A DNA stretch of 64,000 bases from Camelus ferus (GCF_009834535.1 NC_045697.1:111850001-111914000), one strand, 5' to 3'. Shown: positions 11,382 through 26,145, counted from the first letter of the stretch. Notes: generated from the sequence alone by a model not told the origin. A program made the numbers and translations.

Positions 11382-13479
11382 CAAGCCTTTATTTTTTAAG
11401 CTGATTCAATCTTCCCCTCATTTAAACCTGTCAACAACTCACCAAAGAAAGTCAGGACAAGTGCTCCACCTTTTAGCTTACAATTCAGAGTCCTTCATAC
11501 CTCATTATCTCCATCTGGCTATGGTGCCACAAAGTACTTGGTTTTTATTTATTCATTTATTTTTTAACAGAGGTGTCATGCTCTCCTTCCTCTTTGCAAC
11601 CACTCACTGCTTAGACTACTCTTTTCTCACTTCTTGGGACTGATTTTTGCTCCTTAGGAGACTCAGCCCAAGAGAAAGGTTCTCTAGGATGGTTTATCAT
11701 GTATCAGGCACTACTAAGGCTCTTTCATTAAATCATTGATTCAATTAAACTTTGAGAACAATCTGATGAGGAGCTATTTTCCTCGGTTTGAAGTGTAAAA
11801 GCTGAGTTTACAATCCTTTGAATACACTTATACAACACCACATTAATTGGCATAACCACTGAAACGATACTCAATCACTACGTTGTACTGCCTACTGCCC
11901 CTTCTTCATATGCCCGCAGTATTCTCTGCTTCCCTCTACTTCTATTTCAAAGCACCTTGTATTTTTCATATTTGATATGTTCACATTTATTCACATTTGA
12001 TAACATATTCCAAAAATTTTTAAGGTGAAAAAACAGGGGTTTACTGACTCCAGCCTTATAACTGAAAACAGATAAACACAAACTGAGAGGTAGCAACACC
12101 TGAGAGAACTGGGTTTGCATCCAACCACGCCACTTAACTAGCTATATGTCCCTGCCAAATTAAAATTTCTAAGGTTCAGTTTTCTTTTCACAAAGTGAGA
12201 AATAATACTATCTCACACTGTAATCATTAAATGAGAAAATAACGTAAGGCACATGTCACAGTGCCTGGCATTTAACACACGTACGATAAAAAGTTCTAAC
12301 ACCATCTTATAAAATCTCAAAAGCTCTTAGAAATCTAGCCGAATCCACATACTTAGACCGTAACATTTCACACTTCATTACATTATATATTACATATATA
12401 CACACACGTATGTACGTGTATTGATTAGCATACAAAAAGCACCGACATTTAACCTAAAAGCTGCTATGTGTCCTGTAGTTTCTAAATCCTCAATGACTAG
12501 TAAAGGCATTAACTTGCACACAGTCTCCTCCAAGCCAATCTCCCTACCTGCCCATGCCACATTATGATAGCTACGAGCCAAGGCTTCGGTGACTTCCAAT
12601 CCTTGCCTAATACTTTCAAATTGATACTTCTGAGTAGGCTAAGGAAGATGGGGGGGGGGGGGCGAATGGGATTGGGGGTGGTCAGAGATTAGAAAATGGA
12701 GGCTGAAGGAAGTTTTAAGCATCTTGCCAATGTCACACAGCTAGTAAATTGCAGACCTTAACAGGAAAACCAAAATCAGAAGAAAAAAAAAAAAAAACTT
12801 TTAAGAAAGTATGTATAAAAAAGGACTCTAGCACAGTACAAGGACTATGATAAGGTACTCAATCACTCCAGTATTACTGTGTTTTCTTTTCCCAGCATAC
12901 ACACAAACCAGTCTTCCTAGCTTCTCAGAATCAAGCCCTTAAGTACACAGACCGTGAGGTGCACAGAACCAGCTTCGTATGCACTGTTACCACCCTATTT
13001 CAAGCCACCACGTCTCTCCCTGGATTACGAGCCCTTTTCTACTCCGAAACACAACGGAGCCTCCAATCAATTCCCTAACTCTGTAGCTAAACTGATCTTT
13101 CCATATACAATATAATCCTTTTATCTTCCAATTTAAAACAGTCTACTGGTCCTTTACTGTTTTAAGAAAATAGTTCTCAAACCTTAGCTGGCATCATAAC
13201 TACCTGTAAGTCTAGGCAAAAGCCTGCTAAGTCACAGGGCCACTTTCCGATTCAGCCGCCCTCTGGTATTTCTAAGACGTTCCCAGGGGATGCTGCGGGC
13301 CCGGGGCCACGTGTGAACCACTGCTTCGTGGGAAACAAGGCTTAAAAGGCCCACCAAGGTAGGCACTGTGTGGTCACAGTACCTAAACGGTGGCCACCAC
13401 CCCACTCCCTCAACACCCCCCGTTTTCCTCACACCAAACAGCAACTCCTTGGAAATAATGCAGCAATTCCCAAACCGCC

Positions 13480-14010
13480 GTCCAGGTCAGTCTCCGTCAC
13501 TGAGCGCCGTCCGCCACCCCCGCACAGCCGCAGTCTGAGGAGACCCCGCGGTCCAGGGCAGGGAGACGCCCAGCGAAGCCCCGCTCAGCGAAGCCCCCTC
13601 CGCCCTTCCTCTCGCCCTCCCTGCTCACCTGAAGCGCGCGGCCCGACTCTCTCCAGCCGGCGACTGTGAGGAGCCTCGAGGCGCCGGCGCAGGGCGCAGG
13701 CCTCACGCCCCAGAGCGGCCGGTCTCAGGAAATGGCGCGCACCGGGCGCGCGGTGATTGGCGGTTCCCCCAGAAACGGGCAGGGGTGGGCCTGCGCATGC
13801 TCAGTGACGGGGCGGGAGCCCCGGACGAGCCCCTGAGCCTGGGGGATGGGGTAGGGGGGCAGGTTTCCAAAGTGATCCGGCCGACGTTGGCTTCTGCAGA
13901 TCATCTGGTTCCCAGTGGGGCCTTTTCACGTTATTACTGCTTTGAGTCCCGTGAGCACGGTGAGTGTCAAAGTCAGGCTGCGGGAGTTGTCAAAAGCGTC
14001 ACCGCCATCT
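13480..14010. promoter_or_regulatory. CpG-island promoter, probably of TRIM60 (minus strand; candidate exon-1 donor at 13628/13629)
   Basis: High CpG density. ATTGG (CCAAT) at 13756-13760, NRF1-like TGCGCATGC at 13792-13800, TGACG at 13805-13809, GGCGGGA (E2F6-type) at 13811-13817. Minus-strand donor CAG|GTGAGC at 13629. Confidence 0.7.
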
Positions 14011-15026
14011 CCTAACCGTTTCTGGTGGTCTGGGGTCACAGGGTGCTGCAGGGGAGGAGTGGTTTGGTTTCCAAGAACAGGCATCTCCAGGATCAGTTGC
14101 CTCAGGGTGGGTGACTGGGTGGGTCTGCCCCGCCCTGCACTTTGTGTCCTGTCTGGACTTGTGCTCCCTGAGACCTCTCCTTAGGAAGTGACGGGGGTGC
14201 GGTGGAATTTGAAGAGTGAATTTAGTTAGTTGAAGTGAAGGGTAATGTGGTCAAGGATGAAGGAGGAGCCAGTGAGGAGGCCATCAAGGCTGAGGAACTT
14301 GGTACATGATGCAGGAGCGAGGTTGGTGTGGCTGGCACCTGGGCGGAGCAGGGAGGTGCAGGAAGTAGTAAAGGTGAGAAACGGCCTTCAGGAAGCTGGG
14401 GAGATGGGCGAGAAACACTGCTGCAAGACCTTTCAGTCAAAGGTTAAGAGTTTGGTCTTTATTAAGTGCAAAGGAAATCTAGTGAAGCATTTTTAACCAT
14501 TAACGTGATATAATAATATTTGAATCTTGAAAGAATGGCCATGATTCATGAAACAGGTCTTTGGGTGCCTTTAAGAGATCCAAGAAGTCGTGCGTGGTGG
14601 GCAGGTAAATACAGGTGCAGGTTAGAGAATCCTCAACAGATACTGTGAAAGTTGTGTTCCCTAAACATTTTGAATTGCTGGTGGCAGCAGCTTCCCCTCT
14701 TTTTGTTCTTTTACTGTGGGGTGAGTATATGGTTTTAATTTAAACTCTAAGATACAAAATAATTACTATATTATCATTCCTATTAACAGTTGATGACATA
14801 TAAAATTCCTTAAGAAGGGAACTTTTTCCTTTTGATACTGAATCCTGAAAGGTTGACCCTGCTTTGCAGGGTACAGCAAAATTCAACAAGATGGGGCCAG
14901 TTTACCTATAAGTGCTAATTAACCTGAAGAGTTCATTGTTATACACTGAATCCTGCCTCTGGACCCATTGCTTTTAAGAATGACCGTTGTCTTCCTGACA
15001 AACTACTTCAGAAGTTATCTGGCTTT

Positions 15027-15556
15027 TGTTACCAAGCCCAAACTCATTCTGCTCTCTGCTCGACAGGCCAGGAAATCCAGAGATGAGGTGCTGGGGCAAG
15101 GAATAGCAACTTTATCCAGAAAGCTGGCAGACCAATAAGATGGCAGACTAATGTCCTGGAGAACCATCCTACTCAAGTCAGAATTCAGGCTCCTTTTATA
15201 CTAAAAAGGGGAGGGGTTGGTTGTTGCAAACTTCTTGGTGAAGGAATTTTTTGTTCTTGGAATCCTTTGTTCTTGAAGCTGTCCACCTGGATCAGGTCAT
15301 GGTGCCCTTGTGAAACTGCCAGCAAAACATGACACTTTCTTTTCTGCAACTTGTTGTCTTTATATAAGTGCAAAAGTGTTAATATCCTTAAAAGTCAGAG
15401 CCTTGAGAATGGACTGTCCTGTATATTTCAGGCTATAGGCAACATTCTTTAACAAAAGGTGCAGAACCAGCAAGACTGAGCCTAGAAAACAGGGCACATG
15501 GTTAAAGTCAAAGGAACAAATCTAATATGGTGTCAGATTTGTTCTTTTCTATTACA
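15027..15556 (-). mobile_element. ERV solo LTR (family A)
   Basis: TG...CA ends; reverse complement of the 44393-44894 and 61660-62194 copies (TATAAAAGGAGCCTGAATTCTGACT core). Confidence 0.8.
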
Positions 15557-16329
15557 ATTTTACCCCCTTACACCTTCTTTGTAGAACTAAAACTGTTCTA
15601 AATTTATCAGTTTCTCAACCAAGGAATATTGTTTTACACGTGTTGCTCTCTGGGATGCTTTATAGTCTTGAGCTCTGGGTTCTTCATCTTGTTTTAGCAG
15701 GTTGCTCTTCCAATGCCTGCCCTTCACGCATATACATAAAGGCTTGCAAAGGCACATGACAAGCTTTTTATATGTAGTGTGGAACATATATAGGTATGTG
15801 TATATATATGAATACACACATGCATCTGTATCTATAGATATCTATATATGCACATATACATGAATTTATGTGTATATTCATCTAAATGTCTATTTCTGTT
15901 TCCTACAAAAGTGAGATTTAGAGGGAGCAGGTCTAAGTGTCTCATTTTGTTTTGTATCATTTGTAAAGCTTTAAAAAAAATTTTTTTAAAACAAAACAAC
16001 ACAAAAATATATGGACTTTGCTATTTGAAAAGAACTTTTTAAAGAAAAAAAGCCAAGTTCTTTTGATACAATTATTTTTAGAATAAATATTCTGCTTAAG
16101 TATGATAGTAAATAAAAGAAAGAAGAATTTTATGCAGGTACTTTTTTCTCTTCTTAAAAATAAGTAAACAGAATGATTTTCAAAAGTCCTTGAAAAGAAA
16201 GGAGAGAAAGTTGAGAGGGACTGAATTCAGACTTTGTTAAATGACGTATGAATGCACATACAGAGAAATACACAGGTCTCTGTTTAAGTAAGCTGAAGTG
16301 GTCATCACTACACGACCTGCTTCCATGAG

Positions 16330-16880
16330 GTTCCCAACACAGGTTCCCACACCTGATGCACAGTGAGGCCAAACCAAAATGTTTGGAGCAGAGAAAGGTT
16401 TATTATAGGGCCAAGCAAGGGGAACAGGTGGCTGTGCTCAAAAAACCCAGAACACCCCAGTGGTTTGGGGGAGAAGTTTTTATAGTCAAAACGTGGAGGG
16501 GAGAGCTGCAGGGTGTGGGACTTTCTTCTGATAGGTTAGTGGTGAGGTCACAGGGCTGTGCTCCAGGAATCCTGTGCTCAGACTGAAGTTACCATTCTCC
16601 ACCTGGGTGGGGCCTTGGTTCCTGCAGAAGCTATTGTTGTGTATATTCCTTCTGAAGGAGCCAGGAACCTGCCTCCTCATTGCACTGTTATTTCTTGAGT
16701 GCCCCTCCCTTGTTTCTGCATTCCCTCACTTTCCTGATTAGCAACTGTTTGAATCTGCCCTTTGGTACTTAGAGAAGGAAGGTCTAAGAAGCTGAAGCCT
16801 TTTTTCCTACAAACAAGAAATAAGGGACATGGAAAGGACTTGCATCCAAGAGGACCCCACAGGGTTGTGCTCAAGTTTCA
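16330..16880 (-). mobile_element. ERV LTR (family B, related to 57844-58321)
   Basis: Shares gaggccaaac...ttggagcagag.aaggtt...agcaagg with the 57844 element; boundaries approximate. Confidence 0.6.
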
Positions 16881-17787
16881 GAGGCATGAACCCATGGAGC
16901 AAAAATTTTTCTTCGTTTTTTAGTTGCAGATCAGGAACCTTTTTTATTCCATTATAAAATAGGTGACTTTAATAAGTTGTTTAAAAATCCACTTATATCC
17001 TAGAGCTTAAGAGCTCATTTGGAAGGTACTTGGCTTTGTATTCCACCTGTATCAGTTTACTAGCTGTGTGACTTCAGGTTACTCTCATTTTCTTAGTTCC
17101 TGTTTCCTCATCTAACAATGGGCAAAGTGGTACTTAATCCCATAAGGTTATTGAGAAACCACTTTGCAAAGGGTAGACCCCTTCTTTTCTTTTTTCTCTC
17201 CCTTCCTTACTAATAAGTGTTCTCTTTAAATTAAATTAAAACTAAATAATGAAAAAGAAAGGCTCAGACATTCCAAAATCAGAACTCCAAAAATCATGGT
17301 ATGAGTAACTCATGTACAATCTCATCACAGGAAAGAATGTTTAACAGCAAACATCATTAAAAAAAAATCATATTGCAAGTTTAGAACTTTTTCATTTTTC
17401 AAAGCTAATATTATTAAAAGATTTTTTCCAAATGCTGAAGAATTGGAAATATTTTTGTTTTGTTTGTAGTATTTGAACTTTTCATGACCCTTGAGGCTCA
17501 GTTTATACAAGTCATATTTAGTTAAGTGTAACTGTTTGAGTTATGGAACACAAAAGCTTTGTGTACAATGCACTGGAAGAAGATAGTTTGCAAACTGACA
17601 TACTAACACGCCCTTACAGGAAACATTCCATTAAAAATAGAAAAACTGAGAAATGGCTATATACCAATATAGTTTTTGCTCTTACTCAATACCAAGTTAA
17701 AAACGTTTTTAAGCAAAAAACAACTAACCAGCAATAACTTCTGGACTCCAGAAGACACCAGCAGTCAACTTCTCAACAGTGAGACTT

Positions 17788-17866
17788 TTGGGTTTTTGTT
17801 TTGTTTTGGGGGGTGGTAATTAGGGTATTTATTTTTGTTACCACTTGAGCTATATATACCCTCCAA
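17788..17866 (-). mobile_element. Internally deleted tRNA-derived SINE with 14-bp TSD
   Basis: caacagtgagactt at 17774-17787 and 17867-17880; SINE ends ggtaattagg and gagctat...ccctcc lie between them. Confidence 0.75.
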
Positions 17867-19829
17867 CAACAGTGAGACTTGATAAGGGTCTGGTTACCTG
17901 ATAATATTTACTATCCTTTAATTCTTAAGGAAAAATCATAGAGATGAACAGATATTTCTAAACATATAGGACAAAAATCTCACCTCCCCCCATATTATTC
18001 ACAGTAATAGGGAAGTCCAGAATAGAAATATTGTTATAGTAAAAATGCTTATTAGGTAACAAAATGTATGTTTTGTTCTAAAACAAGTTAAAGTTGTTTA
18101 TAAAATTTGAGTATCGTCAGAAGCTCCATGCAGTTCACGTATATTATAATCTTAGATTCCTCATTTACATAAAATAACTAACATGAAGGATGCTGAAACC
18201 CCCACAGTGAGTCAAAGGCAGCATCTGCTTCCAGCCACAGCCATCAGTGAGATCACCTCCTCACATGCTTTATGATGGCTTTATGCTTATTCTGTGGGTA
18301 AATGAAAGGACAGATAAGCTTTAAGAAACTCCAAGTTAAAAATTTTGAAGGATATTATACGACCTCTTACATAGCAAGTGCCACAAAACAGTTGATATAA
18401 GATACTATGAGAACTTGCAAAAATAAGAGTATTGTAATCATCCAAAAGGTAGAGAGTCAGGAGATGGTGTAGGTAGTTCTTATATGTTCTAGTGTACAAT
18501 CAGATGACAAATTTCCAGAGGTGGTTGACAGGGGCCAGAGCCTCAAATTATCAACCACATTATCTCTTACCAAGACTCCTTGGAATCCAATTATACGATT
18601 TTATAGTAGGGTGAGAGCTTAGATATAAAAAGAAGCCAGGGCTAGAATCCAGTGTTCTGTCCATGATCACCCTGGCCAGGTGGAAGCCAATCATGGAAGA
18701 TGGGATATAGATCTAGAGTTTAGGGAGTGAAGTCATTTGGTGATGTGAGAACAAAGGGAAGAAATGGAGGGCTGGACTCAGGGTCCAATGTCCTAAGACA
18801 AGCTCTAGTTACTGACAGGATGAGAGCTAGTTTACTAATTTTTATCTTTTGCCTCAGGCTCTGACATGGCTCAGATCCTGTATTTACCTAAAGTTTGATA
18901 TTTTGCTCATCATGCATTGTTTGGTGTTTAATTTTTTTACATGGCATTAAAAGATACACATTACTATATATAAAATAAGGAAACAACAAGGACCTACCGT
19001 GTAGCACAGGGAACTACATTCAGTTTCTTGTAATGAGCTGTAATGGAAAAGAATCTGAAAAAATATATATGTATGTATAACTGAATCACTTTGCTTTACA
19101 CCTGAAGCTAACATTTTAAATCAACTACATTTCATTACATTTAAGAAAGGCATTAAAATGGTGTTACTTATCTTGATTACTGAGGTTTTGGGCACACTGT
19201 TAGATGTTGCACCTACTTATTCAAGTACTGGCCCTGGGAAAGAGTGAAAATGGTGTAGGGACCAAAGCCTTCACTGATTTCACAGAGTTTGGAAGGGACT
19301 GAGCCAGGAAAGAAGGGATCAACATTTACAACTCTTCTTTGATCCACTACACTGCTCCACTTCAGTTACTCATCCCATAGCCCCAAATTGTGGTGGCACC
19401 ATTATTTCTGGTCCCCTCAACCATCTTGATGAAACGATATAAAATTTTTCCTTTGTGTTCTGAAAATGTTAGAAATTGCAAAGAACTTTTAATAGAAAAA
19501 AGAATAAAACAAACACCAAATCACAAAGAAGGTAAAGTACACATAGTTTAACACTCCTCTGGTCTCCCCCTCCACCTTGCCAGTGAAAAAAAATATGGCT
19601 CCATTGCCATGGGCTTGTTCTGGTGTGCCACCTTCAGCAAATGTGTCACTGGTGTTGAGAGACTCTTTGCCTTTCCTCTGATAATCTTGAGTGAGGTAAA
19701 AGATCTGCAGTGGCAGGGTACGATCAGTCTTAAAAAGGAACAATGGAAACAGAGACAAGTATCAGGAACCCATCTACCATACTGTGTTCCACAATCTGAA
19801 TGTTTCTTATACAAGTAAGGACAACTAGA

Positions 19830-21493
19830 ACTCAGATCACTGAGTGTTTTATTGAACAGTTATTGAAATTGTATGAGCAGATGTGCATAACCATTTAACT
19901 ACCTTACAATGGGAGGGGTGGTTTTTAACTTTTTCTGTGAATATGGGAATCTGTACTTGCAAAAGTGTAGGCTTGTAGTCCATGAAATATACCTGAACTG
20001 TATATTGTTTTTTTCTCTTTTTGTACAAATTATATAAATAAGTACATACATGTTTTAAATATAATTGTAAATAGCTTGTGTTTCTACTGAAATGCACTTG
20101 TGTAAAGGAATTATAATTCACCCAGAAATCATTTAGAGTTTCCCCAAAATATCCAATTTAAATAATGAAATAACATGTTTCACAAAACATCTTTTGTGTG
20201 TGAATTTAATTACAGTACTTTGTATAATCACCTCCCATTGCAAAAGACACTGTTAAGAAGCTATGAAAGGGAGACAAACATTCATGACGTCAGAATTTCT
20301 ATTTCAAATTCTTCATACATTAATCCCAATCTTTTATTTTAGCAAAATAAGAGATAATGGCTCTAGAATGTTTATAAAGTAAAATTTCTAGTCAAGACAT
20401 GAATGTGTAAATTTCATATCTGGAATTATCTTAACTGTAAAATAATAAAAACTTTATGGCACTGAGCTAAACAGTCTTTGAATAAATACAAATTAAGAGC
20501 ATATTTAACAACTTTGGAACAACTGATTATCATATCAGTACAGTTCAGACAGGACAGTTTCCTTCTTAGGTAATCAAATATTTAAATTCCTTCTGATTTT
20601 GTATTTACACGTCTCATCACAAGTTGAATAACATCAAAACAAAGCCTAGCAGAGTGTTGAGCACTCATATGTTAGAGACAGACCCTGCCCTGCTTGAGAC
20701 TTCATTGGCACAGGTGTATTTTAAATGTCAGTTTTAAGTTGGCTTTTCTAAGAAACTGTCGACACAAATGAATTAAGAACATAAAACAGAACTTCAAAGG
20801 AAATCGAACATTGGTTTCTTATGACTACATGTGGAGAAACAGGTTTTTGAAATGAACATTTCAGTTATAATATAAAATGAACTACAATTATTTCAGACTT
20901 TGTTTTACAACTTTAAGTGGGTATTATTCAAAGTAAAAATAACGTACATAAACATTAAAGCCTATTATATAAAATTGGTAGAAATTAGTAACTTCTTTCT
21001 TAGTCTCTCTATATAATCAATGAACCAATTATTTTCTCCCTAAACTTTAAAGTCAAATAGTCAATGGAATTGATTTCAGATGTAGAATAAAAAGAAAATC
21101 ACTCAAACATATATAAAGTAATTTTAATACCTTTGGAAAACTATAGGAATGTGAAAGAACAATTTTAAACTCTTGCACATTTTACTATTAGAGAGTTCTA
21201 AGACATTAAAACAGTTTTTCTTCTTAACTCAGGTAAGAATAATAATGTGCAGAAGAAGAGAGAATTTTGTTATGCAAGCAAATAAATATACTTCAAACTG
21301 GACTGCTTTTGAATTTATGTTATTTTGCCTCTAAAGAGAAACCAGGAAGAAGAGAATCCTGTGAAGCTAATCAACCATCCCAGGTGCTTTCAAACAACTC
21401 CTTTTCGTCCAGGAACTTCTAAGCAATCACACAATTACATCCTTTCCTTCGCTCTTCTTCTGACAGACCCAGTGAGGTTAGACAGAAAAAGAC
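19830..21493 (-). other. APELA: APELA terminal non-coding exon (3' UTR)
   Basis: Strong acceptor tttgtttctcttttgcttccaaatacag| at 21494/21493. The following sequence (gtgattgcttagaagttcct...tttgaaagcacctgg...ttagcttcacaggatt) resembles recalled human APELA exon 3. AATAAA at 19848-19853 (alternative at 20333-20338); the 3' end is approximate. Confidence 0.7.
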
Positions 21494-21789
21494 CTGTATT
21501 TGGAAGCAAAAGAGAAACAAATGTAATAATAAATGCTATGCAGCAGACCAGTTTACTCATGCTTAATTTCTTTTTATACCCAATGAGTTACGAAAATTTA
21601 CCAGGTTTTTCAGTGCTGAAAGATATTTTCTTACCTTTCAATATAAATATAGCAACTATATTTCTTAAAAGTTTCAATTTATACAATTAGTTTTTTTTTA
21701 TATTAAATGATTGTTCCCCTAATAATCTTCACTTCTCAATGACCTACATTGGTAGTCTCAACAATTTTTCTTAATATTTTGGGGTTTTA

Positions 21790-22371
<582 letters not shown>

Positions 22372-22449
22372 TTATTTATATTTTGCATAATGTAAAATTC
22401 TACTAAATAAAGCAACTTGGCAAAAACAAAACAAAAAACAAAACAACAC

Positions 22450-23199
22450 ATTCATTCTGTCCTGTAAGTGAAAGCACTCATCTTTTGCTCTCTGGAAGGA
22501 AGTTCTAGGTCACTCTTTACTGCCTGACTTTGATCATGACTGTGGACGGCAATAGTCAATCTAGAATGGTATGTTTCAACGTTTGTTTCCAGTCTTTCTT
22601 TGCTTGCTTTTCATTCTCCAGTTTAGAGTTTGGCATTGTCTTTTCTGCTGTCAGAACATTAAGCTGTCCACTATATTGGAATAATGTTCTCCTCATTCTG
22701 TTTTACTTTCTTTTGAAGATCATCATTCTTTTCTTTTACAATTTCAATGTCTCAAAATACTCATTTTCCTTTTCTTGGTTCTGATTTTTTATTGTTTCTT
22801 TTTCTCATTTCAGCCTGACAGTTTCTTTCTGTAACATGTGGGTTTTATGCAACAGGTCTTTTTCATGACTATGAGAAACCTCAGCACTCCTTTCCTTATT
22901 AGCCATTTCTGTCTCCTTTTGTTTGGAAAGGTGATTGGTCAGGATTTCATCTTGTAATATTTTGCATTCTGCTCTCGAGAACATTGCCTCTCAGAGTCAT
23001 TTCGCTTTTCTACAACCTGATTTGGATTATTTCTTATACCCTTCAGTTCCATTTCCAGGGCTCAGAGAGTGAGTTCAAGCTGCTGCTTCATTTCAGCTTC
23101 TTCATTATATCGCTCTTCTTTTCTTCTTAAATGCTCCCTAGTTTTTTCATCTAGCTTGGCATTTCTCCTCTTCTCTTTCTCTTGTTTTATGGTGAATCT
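22450..23199 (-). pseudogene. ANKRD26-like (ANKRD26/CCDC144 family) coiled-coil retro-fragment with stops and frameshifts
   Basis: Minus-strand translation RFTIKQEKEKRRNA...LRRKEERY...MKQQLELTL*ALEMEL...[19 protein letters not shown]...TIKNQNQEKE matches the recalled ANKRD26 coiled-coil region, with no introns. Confidence 0.85.
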
Positions 23200-23690
23200 G
23201 ACTCAGAACAAGGCCTGCTATTTGATATTCTTCTGGATATTTATCTTGTTTGTTTGTAACATATTCCTCCATCTCCTCATTTTGCCTAATTCTCTGTGTT
23301 TATTTCTATGTCTTAGGGAAGTAAGTTACATTTCCCAATCTTGGAGAAGTGGCCTTATGTAGACGACATCCTATGGGGCCCAGCAGCACACTCCTCTCTG
23401 TCACCAGAGTCATGTGCTCTAGTGTGCCCCCTAGATTGGTTGTGTGGGCTCTTCTGTGGGCGTGTTGGTAGGTGGCTTTGGCCCACAGCCCGACTGGCTG
23501 CCAAGCCCTGCCTCATGTAGTGGCTGCCAGTCCACTGGTGGGTAGGGCCAGGTCATGGTGAGGCTAGGTATGTGGCCTGGGGGTCCCAGGGCTTGTGCCA
23601 GCCATTGGGTATTTGGGGCTGGATACCAGCATGGCTGCCTGTGTGTCCAGGGGAGTCCTGGGGCTGGTCCTAGGCAGTTTATTTTGACCA
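23200..23690 (-). mobile_element. Old LINE-1 (L1M) 5'-region fragment
   Basis: cctcattttgcctaattctctgtgtttatttctatg...cttggagaagtggccttatgtag...ggggcccagcagcacactc resembles antisense L1M 5'/ORF1 sequence. Confidence 0.55.
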
Positions 23691-24204
23691 CCTCCCAAAG
23701 ACATGAAAGCAGCCTCTTGCTTTATTTCTAGAAACTTCTACCTCCTTCATTTTTCATTTACCTGACAGTCATGGTGGGGTGTTAACTATAATTAATTTAG
23801 CAGCAAGAATATGCAGTATGCCTCTTCTAGGAGTCATCTCTCAACTCGGACTGCCAAAAATTTGAACATAATGAGATGGTTTTTTTGCTTATGAGACAGG
23901 CAGACTAAAAGTATTGATAATACTCAGTTTTGGCAAGAGTATGGGGAATACACATTCTCATTACTTGCTATTGGAAATGCAAAGTGGTGAAGCTTTTCTA
24001 GACAGCAATTTGCCACTAAGTACCAATGTTTAAAATATACATAACCTGGAGGGTTACTTAAAGTGGTGATATGAAGAACTCTGTGGTCCCTGTTCCCTGT
24101 GAATCAACCATAGCTGGTGAAAATTATTATTATTATTTTTAATATTTAAATCCTCTGGAAATTGTTCTAAGAGAATAGAGCAAACAGAGAAACATTTATT
24201 CAGG

Positions 24205-24455
24205 TGCTATAGGATGAATGTTTGTTTTCCCCCAAAATTCATATGTTGAAACCTAATTTCCAATGGATAGGGGCCTTTGGGAGATTATTAGGTCATGAGG
24301 GTGGAGCCCTTGTGATTTGGATTAGTGCCCTTACAATGTAGAACCCACAGAGCTCCCTTCCCTTACCACCATGTGAAGACACAACAATAAGACGACCATC
24401 CATGAACAAAGAAGTAGGCTCACACCAGACACTGAATCTGTTGGTGCCTTGTTCT
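24205..24455 (+). mobile_element. MaLR (MLT1-type) LTR fragment
   Basis: tgctataggatgaatgtttg..cccccaaaattcatatgttgaaacctaa...ggattagtgccctta. Confidence 0.75.
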
Positions 24456-24549
24456 TGGGTTGGGTAGTACAGTGGTACTTATTTAGTGAAAAAAAAAAAT
24501 CCACATAAGTGGACCTTCACAATTCAAACCTGTGTTATTCAAGGGTCCA

Positions 24550-26145
24550 TGTTCATGTATTGGAAAACTTAATTGTCAAGATGGCAGTACTTCCCTGCAG
24601 ATTAAACAAAATGCTATCCAAGCCACAGCTGGCTCCTTGTAGAAACTGACAAGCTGATATGGAAATTCAGAGGAACCAGAATAATCAAAACAATCTTGAA
24701 GAGCTACAAAATTGGAGGACTCACACATCCAGATTTAAAAACTTGCTACAATACTGCCATAATCAAGACAGTATAGGGTTAGTTCAAGGATTGACATATA
24801 GATCAATAAAACAGAACTGAGAGTCCAGAAATAAAACCTTACATTTGTGGTCAACAGATTTTTTACAGTAGTTCCAACATAATTCAATGGGGGAAAGAAT
24901 AGTGATTTCAACAAATGGTGCTAGAACAACTGGATAACCACATGCAAAAGAGGCTGAAACCCTTCCTCACACCAAATACAATATGTAACTCCAAATGGAT
25001 CATAGACATAAATGCAACAAAACTATAAAACTCTTAGAAGAAAATATAAATGTGAATATTTGTGATCTTGGGTTAGTCAGTGGTGTTTTAATATAACATC
25101 TAAAACACAAGCAACCAAAGAAAAAGTAGACAAATTAGATTTTAACAAACTAAAAACTTTTGTGCTCAAAGGACACCACCAGGAAAATGAAAAGACTACC
25201 AAAAGAATGGAAGAAACTAATTTGTAAATCATATATCCTATAAGGGCCTTGTATTCAAAATATATAAAGAACTTTTACAACTCAAAAATAAAAAGACAAG
25301 TTAAGTCAATTGGAAAAAATGTGCAAAGAATTTATATAGACATTTCTCCAGAGAAGATAGACAGATGGCTAATGAGTACATGAAAAGATGCTCAGCATCC
25401 TGTCATTAGGGGAAGTGCAAATCAAAATCACAATGAGACACCACTTCACATCCATTAGGATGACTATAAAAACAAGTATTGGTGAGGATGTAGAGAAACT
25501 GAAACCATTCTGTATTGCTCTTAGGAATAGTAAATTGCTGCGATCACTGTAGAAAATAGTTTGGCAGTTCCTCAATAAGTTACTCAAACACAGAGTAACC
25601 ATATAATCCAACAGTTTCACTCTTGGGTATACACCCAAGAGAACTGAAAGCATATGTTCAAGCAAAGACCTGTACACAAACATTCAGAGCAGAATTATTC
25701 CTAGTAGCCAAATAGTGGAAACACTAGATGACTGGATAAACGAAATGTGATTTCTCTATACAATGGAATTTTATTCAGCCATTAAAAAAGAATGATTTCC
25801 TAATTCATGCTACTACATGGATGGGTCTTGAAAACATTAAGCTAAGCAAAAGAAGCCAATCACACAAGAAAAAAAACACATTGTAAGTCTATTTATATGA
25901 AATGTCCAGAATAGGCAAATCTATAGAGACAGAAAGTAGATTAGTAGCTGCCTAGGATTAGAGAGTTGGTGAGAAGTGGGGAGGACCTGGTAATGGTATG
26001 GATTTTGTCTTATGGGGAGATAAAAAGGTACTAAAATTGATTATGATGATGGTAGCACAACTACTTGACTATAGTTAAGAACCACCGAACTGTATAGTTT
26101 AAACGGGTAAATTATATGGAATGTGAATTTTATCTCAAAAAAATG
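24550..26145 (+). mobile_element. Old LINE-1 (L1MB-like) ORF2 3' half and 3' UTR
   Basis: Degenerate ORF2 (ttcaacaaatggtgctagaacaactggata, atgaaaagatgctcagcatc) and 3' UTR atagagacagaaagtagattagtag. Confidence 0.85.
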
